DNA of 55,715 nucleotides, filler included, from Sphacelaria rigidula (Eukaryota): NCBI GenBank assembly GCA_964200075.2. It is 5 parts of 5 records of this genome, joined end to end, with 100 filler letters (N's around TTAATTAATTAA, not from the genome) between each part and the next. Parts side by side here need not be neighbours in the genome. Positions count along the whole stretch, not along the records: positions 44,654 to 55,715 come from CAXNAA020005454.1; 4 more parts are not named here. One strand, 5' to 3'. Shown piece by piece: positions 49,630 to 55,715 of this stretch (position 1 is its first letter; each line of letters starts with the position of its first letter). The notes under the pieces were generated by a model. It saw only the letters and a program-made list of their open reading frames with translations, ran no database searches and was not told where the DNA came from. The position numbers and the translations under genes were made by a program.

Positions 49630-50664
49630 TTAAAATGACAATTGCCGAGCGCACCGAGTAGCTGGGAAACTGGTACGCTTGGGACAACATCCGTCAATGT
49701 CGTCCCCATGGGGCACTCCATGCGGTCTGAAACCAGCTGCCACGCAATGCACAATTGTTTTTCTTCGTAATAGTTTTGGGGCTGGGGTGGAGGTCGGCTT
49801 TCGCGCCCTCATGGAGGGAGTATGGCAGTTCGACTTCAAACGGCCTCAACTTTCTGCTTTCCCCCTCCTCGTAAAATGTCGGTCGCTTTGCTCGCATCGA
49901 TGGTTTGATGCTTAAAAACAAGAGCTCGTAAGTCTGGAAACCTTCGCTGTGCAAACCTGGTCGAGCGAAACAAAATGGCTGCGGACTGGCCCAGGTCGTA
50001 CAGCGGTTCAAAGCGGGACATGCGTGTCAAAGAAGCTCATCGCTGGTCTACTAGACGGTATCCCATTCTATTTCAGACCGCTACTCCTGCCTCGCGCACG
50101 TACGTTCCTGACGCGCACAAAGTCGCCTTCCACAACATCCGGACACCAGTTTGCAATGTGCCAGCACAAAGACGGTAGCACAGATCCTTTCGATTGCAAA
50201 CCCCGCGAAGCATCTCCTTGCACCGGCCCAGGAGCTTCGAGCAAAATTCATCATCCTGTAATGCGTGAGCGTTACAAAACCAAGTCTTCACTCAAAAACG
50301 CCACGGCAGTATTACCGAACCGATTACAAAAATCGCATGAGGGGAGTCCTACAGAATTACCGTCTGCAGTTTCACATGCTTCATTTAAATCCAATAGATT
50401 GTCTGCGAAGTGCCCGGTGACGCTCTCCACGAGGCGATCCACCGACCTGCGGTTGATGGCCTAGTTCTCGAGCTCGTTCATGAGAGTCACCGTAAAAGCG
50501 TAGGGATCACAGCTCATCATATTCAGAGAACGCAAAAATGTTTTGTTCTTGGAGTGGTCCTGCTCATGCGGGTTGAGAAGGACGCCCACCAATTCATGAC
50601 ACGTCCTGATCTCACCGAACAAAGCTAGACACTGCGGGCCGTGATTTGTCTCATCAGGTCCATC
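49630..50664 (-). pseudogene. Possible decayed coding sequence of unknown family
   Basis: Long protein-like frames interrupted by isolated stops (…LMNELEN*AINRRSVDRLVE…; DDEFCSKLLGRCKEML…GVAV*NRMGYRLVDQR*ASLTRMSRFEPLYDL…). Confidence 0.3.
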
Positions 50665-51855
50665 TGAAGGATAGGTGCAGTTTAGCTCACTTTCCGAGAG
50701 ACGGATGAGGTTTTCAATCGTAAGGCGGGCGGTTTGATGTTGAAGGGTAGACCGTAGCCTTGAAACAATCCCTCCTCACTCGTACTTTCTCCAGGACTGC
50801 AGCCGGATAGTGAAACCTGCGAGCACTTCACAGCATGGAAAGGGATCCAAAACCCTGCCGCACCAAATAGAATACGCACTGCAGGAATGATGACAAGCAA
50901 ATACAGCATTTTTGCGCAAAATAATATCAGATGATGTTGAGAGTGTAAAGCGTCCTGCAGCTGCAGCGGTGCTGTGCTGCGTGTGCTTTGTAGACTGAGT
51001 AGCCTACCGCGGAGGATTACACTCGGGCCACGGTATGATCCATCAGAGAATTTGACTGAAGAAATGAAGATGTTTATTATTGACTGACTCCCGAAGTCAA
51101 GTTTTCGCTGATGGTGATGAAGAAGAGAAGTGGTAGAAGAGTGATCAGGTGGGCGAGCACCAAGTGTGCGAGCCTACCGATCAGCTAATGAACTTCCAGA
51201 ACTTGCACACGTCTAGAACACTGGCGGGATAATACAACCGAACGCTCCCGATTAATCCCTCGACAACTTGTTCTTGAAACATAATGTACCGCAGAATATA
51301 CCGCAGACTATTTGTGGAACACTCAAATGATTTCTTACTTGTTTACGATAACCTACGATAGATGGTAGTGCTTACCAATGACTGACATTGAATATTCCAA
51401 CACTCCGCCACATACACGGAATCCAGAATCATCTAGATCTACGAAGAAGAGCGTTCTGGAAGCGTTTCCAAAATACATCGCCATACTTACAGCAAGTTCT
51501 ACGGAGATACAGCAACCCGTGTACTGGTCAGATCTTTCTCTTGGTTGCACCTGTACTGCTACTACTGCTTTTACTGCCCAGACTGAGACTAGTTGCTGCA
51601 ATCGTCAACAAAGGTAAATCTGTGTCTGATTGCTTGCATTCATACATACCATTTCCCTGACATTACCCCTCGATCAGGCAACTAGTTCAAGACAATAGAG
51701 GGAGCATTGCAAAGCTTGCCAACTGCCTTGGCCCCTTGGCTAGTATCGTATCAAAAGTATTTTATTACACACGACCGATTCCTGATCATGTAAAACATAC
51801 ACCAGGTATAACGGCTCGGCCAGTCATCATCCTCCTCGCCCCCTTAGTTGGCTAC

Positions 51856-52165
51856 TGTCATGAAGACAAGCAGCATTGAGTCTTGAATGCTCGAATCTTG
51901 ACTGACGGGTCTGATCGGAGGGTCAGATATAATATGTACACCTATAAAAAGGGTAGGAGTAACAGCTCTCGTACACACCTCGGCACTGTTCTGAGCAACC
52001 AGGAGCTATCAACATCTGACTATCGTCCGATTGGTGAGCCACAAGCGTGGGAGAGTATTGAGCAAGAAGGAAAAGCATTCTATAAACAAGAGCCTTGAGT
52101 CAAGTAGACATCAACCTATTGTGTGTGAACCCCCTCCCGACTCGTGCGGTGCGGACCTTGGGACA
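51856..52165 (+). mobile_element. Candidate 5' LTR (TGTC...GACA) with a TATA box at 51943
   Basis: Ends in gggaca, 2 nt before tggcgttgact. The left edge is inferred from the inverted termini only, because no second LTR is in the window. Confidence 0.55.
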
Positions 52166-52167
52166 CT

Positions 52168-52178
52168 TGGCGTTGACT
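52168..52178 (+). promoter_or_regulatory. Candidate PBS TGGCGTTGACT
   Basis: TGG start directly after a CA-ending LTR candidate; would pair with a tRNA having a G discriminator, such as Ser or Asn. Confidence 0.5.
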
Positions 52179-53154
52179 TGGAGTTGTTTCTGCTTCGTTA
52201 GCTTTGGTACCTTTTCCCCTTGCTAGTACCCTCGTTTTCTTGTTTGCTCGCTTTCTTGAGCTTTTGCTCTCTCTGCGTTTGTGTTTGTTCTCCCAGTTGG
52301 ACTACTGTCAGATTCTGTTTTATTTACTCTCGTACAGTTTTTCTTTCCCGGCACGCTTCTTGCCTGCAGTCGCCTTTTGTGCACGTGCCCCCTCCAGCCC
52401 CCTGCCTTACACACTCCGTTTGGCAACCCCCTACCCTACAGCCCCTACAGCCCCTTGCCTTTCATCTCGACTGGCAACCCCTCTTGTAGACCTCGCCCTG
52501 GACGTTCTCCCTATGTGCACTTGTACAGCGTTCGTTCATCTCTCGCAGCGTTCGCTTCCTTTTCCCTTGGCTGTACTGTGTAATATTTTGCGTACCCCTG
52601 CACTTCCGTACTGTCGATCAGTTTCTGTCTGCCTCCCGTAGTCACACCGGTCCTTCGCAAGACGTTCATCTACTCCTGGTTTCATTTTCCGTCGTTCATC
52701 CCGTCTAGCGTTACAGTACATAGCTTCCGTTTGGTCAGCCTCGCTGTCACTCCCCTTCCTTCTCTCACATGCAGCAGTCGTGTTGACCCATTCTTTACTA
52801 TATTTCTTTTTTCCCCCCTGTTTTTCGTTCTGCTTTCTTGGTGTAGGTGTATTCGTGTGCATCTGGCCTAGTTTCTGCAACTTCCCTCGGAACCCCCCCC
52901 CCCCTGAATTACTGTCGATTTCCTGCCTCGTCTGTTTTCCCCGGACACAGTACGCTCTCTCCAAACACGAGCTTCTGTTTTATTTGTCTTGTACCCCTTT
53001 CGGGTGTGAAGTTGATTCGTGGTCTTCCACTGTGGTAATAAATTCTCCCCTTACATTAAAAAAAAAAACTCAGGCTTGCGTTCTAGCTTTGGCTCTTGCT
53101 CTACGCTCCTTTTTTTTTTCACGTTGCAGTTACTGTTGCTCGCACACATTTAAG

Positions 53155-55647
53155 ATGTCGCAACGTATTTCTGCTACGTCTTCACCCGGCGCGGGCAAGC
53201 TCTCACCCCGTCGTACACGAAGTCAGGTCAAAGCGTTGTCTACTTTTGTTGACACTGGGAGTGATTCCGACTCTGCCTTGCGGAAGCCACCCGCATCCGC
53301 AGCTCGTTCACTTGCATTACATGAACAGTCTGTTCTGCTTCAACCAACTCCACCGCTTTTCAGTTCCACTTCTAACCCCGACCCTGACGAGGATTCCAAC
53401 CCTTCTCCCTCATATTCGGGTTCACCTCCTTCCGGCCCCACCACGTTGGCCCGCCCTTCACCGACACGCGCCGTGTCCAAACTATCCTTTCTACCCTTGG
53501 ATACAGTGATTGAGCTCACTGATTCCACCCGCGTTGCCGAACGCCGACCCACCCCGGAACCCCGCCTCGGACTCACCGCTTCATCGCCCCAATCCGTAGC
53601 GCCGGTGTCACCCGCTACGGATTCCACCATTCCGGCGAAACCCGCGCCGTCCTCGTCACATCCTTCCACGACTTCACATCTCCACCGACCCACAGCGCAG
53701 GTGTTACCCGCTGTTCCACGCTCCACACAAGCGAACCCCACGGTCTTCCCTCCCGTTTCCGCCGTCACCCAACCTCAACCCCACTCCGCCACGCAGGTGT
53801 TACCCGTGCGCGCCCACTCCACGCCCGTACAACCGGCCACCCAACATCAATTGGGTGCCACCATCGCTACCCCAGCGCACACAATTTCGGCTTCAGATCT
53901 GCCCCGTTCGGACATGCAGGTGTTACCCATGTCCGAATTTCCGAGCACCGGCACTGCTGCCCCCGCCGCTTCGCCGGCGCACCCTTCATCATCTGCTGTC
54001 ATGCCAGCTGCATCCGCAGCCAGTGTTCTATCCACTGTCTTAGCTGCTGTGACACAATGCAATGCGGACTTGTCGCCACCACCGACGGTTATTCCGGATA
54101 TGACCGTGGCCGCCGCCCTGCAAGTTCTTTGCAACACCTTGCTGCGCCCTACGGCCGCCCCTGCCGCCGCCACCGAGGTCGCCTCTGGCGCACCTAGACA
54201 GGTCGCACCCGAACGCTCCGCCCCTCGACCCCCTTCCTCTGTGAAGAACCCGACACCTCATCCTTCGACTGTTTCCACCCGTGATGCCGCACCACGCCGC
54301 TCAACTGCCGGTAGCCCCGGTGCCGCATCACACCGCCCAACTGTTTCCACCCCTGGTGCTGCACCGCGCCGCTCAGCTGTTGCCGGTAGCCGCGGTGTCG
54401 CATCACACCGCCCAACTGTTTCCACCCCTGGTGCTGCACCGCGCCGCTCAGCTGTTGCCGGTAGCCGCGGTGTCGCAACACACCGCCCAACTGTTTCCAC
54501 CCCTGGTGCCGCACCGCGCCGCTCGGCTGTTGCCAGCCCCGGTGCCGCGTCACGACGACCATCCGGCCCACGGCATTCACCTGGCTCATTCCGTCGCCGC
54601 CCTTCTGGGTCAGACCCTTTAATCGGTGCTGCTTCGATGAATTTTTTTGACGCGTATGAGTCTGAATTCCCTTCACTTGCTGAGTCTTCCGCCGCCTCAT
54701 CAAGTTCAACAAACGCCGCACGCCGTTCTAGTCGTCGATCTCATCAAGGTCCGACCACCCCTTCGGATGCCCGTTGCGTGCGTTTGCTGCGACAACAACT
54801 CGCAGATTTGCAAAATCGCATCTGCACCTTATCCGAAATGGCTTCTACTACCAGCACCACTTCCGCTGCCGCCACCCCCACCGCCACGGCGCCGCCTACG
54901 ACCGCGGCTCCTCCCACTCTTTGCCGAGTGGAAGACACAGATGCCGACAGTGGCGGACGCGCTCGTTCCGCCACCCCCTCGGCACCCGTCGTGCCGACGG
55001 CGCCGACCGCTTCCCGCCCCAAGCTGGGGCCGGAACACTGCCCCGCGGGTTGCCCGCCATGGATCTTCGCCTCACTCGACCGCGACGCGCAAGAACGCGC
55101 GTTGCTAGACTTCGCCCCGAAGTCACCGCCCCCCGCGGATGCAACTGCCTCCGCTTCCGCCCCGCCCGCGGCTACTGCCGCGGCTGCTCCCGGTGCCGCT
55201 CCCGCTTCAGTGCCGACCACGGACGATGATACTGCTCGAGTCAACTCGGAGCGTTTACTGCGACAAGAATACGATGACACCCTAAAACGCCTGGAGAAGC
55301 AGCGCACAAAGGCCACGGCTTCCCGCACCGCCGCACAACGGGCCCTCACCGAGATCGAACAAGCAGAACGGGACCTCGCTCGCCGTCGTGCCAGTATTCA
55401 GGCCAACCAGCAGAAGGCTTCCGCTACCCTTCTTGAGCTGGAGGATCGTCTCAGTTCTCACCGAGCATCCCGGGAAACTGCGACAACACTGCAACCAACG
55501 TCACGGCCGAACCGCAAGCCTCATCACACCCATTCTCCGCCGGCCCCTCCGTCGGCGACTGCTTCTACCCCCCCCATGGCACCCGCTACATCCTCTCCTG
55601 AGGCCCCTGCCGCCCCGGAAACCCACATCTCATATGCTGCTGCGGCT

Positions 55648-55715
<68 letters not shown>
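53155..55715 (+). CDS. Intronless ORF of at least 853 codons, Pro/Ala/Ser/Thr-rich with coiled-coil-like segments; probable Gag-like ORF N-terminus, runs off the window
   Basis: Read codon by codon from ATG 53155 (MSQRISATSSPGAGKLSPRRTRSQ...) with no stop to the window end. It is absent from the ORF track, apparently because it has no stop. It follows the LTR, PBS and a ~1-kb pyrimidine-rich leader. Confidence 0.75.
54268..54560 (+). repeat. Coding minisatellite, about four copies of 72-75 bp (TVSTPGAAPRRSAVAGSRGVASHRP)
   Basis: actgtttccaccc starts at 54268, 54340, 54415 and 54490. Confidence 0.9.

Noticed and set aside
54268-54560. CRISPR-like array
   Set aside because: The units are contiguous coding repeats without unique spacers, the context is eukaryotic, and there are no cas genes.
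53340-55494. Several minus-strand and alternative-frame ORFs listed in the track
   Set aside because: They are GC-rich shadows of the long plus-strand ORF starting at 53155.

Overview
Eukaryotic, intron-rich, repeat-rich DNA that looks like a brown alga (Phaeophyceae). This is inferred from the LINE C-terminus, the TTAGGG repeats, the gene style and a phaeophyte-type beta-sandwich domain. The window is not one locus. Four identical 100-bp linkers (N44-TTAATTAATTAA-N44) split it into five pieces of 11064, 11063, 11063, 11063 and 11062 bp, which suggests unplaced contigs concatenated in size order. Contig 1 carries two exons of a probable JmjC-family gene and a TIR element containing telomeric repeats. 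Contig 2 carries the main find: a complete 12-exon, 440-aa secreted protein gene (12294-21655) that the ORF track does not assemble. It has a signal peptide, four tandem 10-cysteine modules with colipase/prokineticin/Dickkopf-like spacing (each built from two symmetric phase-1 micro-exons), a Pro/Thr linker and a C-terminal beta-sandwich domain. Contig 3 carries the 3' exons of exocyst Sec8/EXOC4 and a complete 5.4-kb non-coding LTR element (TSD, PBS, PPT) nested inside a MITE. Contig 4 carries the 3' exons of an AMPK/SNF1 alpha subunit with a Q/H/P/G-rich tail, a LINE fragment and a tRNA-derived SINE. Contig 5 carries a candidate LTR and PBS followed by an open, intronless ORF of at least 853 codons that runs off the window. 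All family assignments are by eye and from memory; no searches were run.
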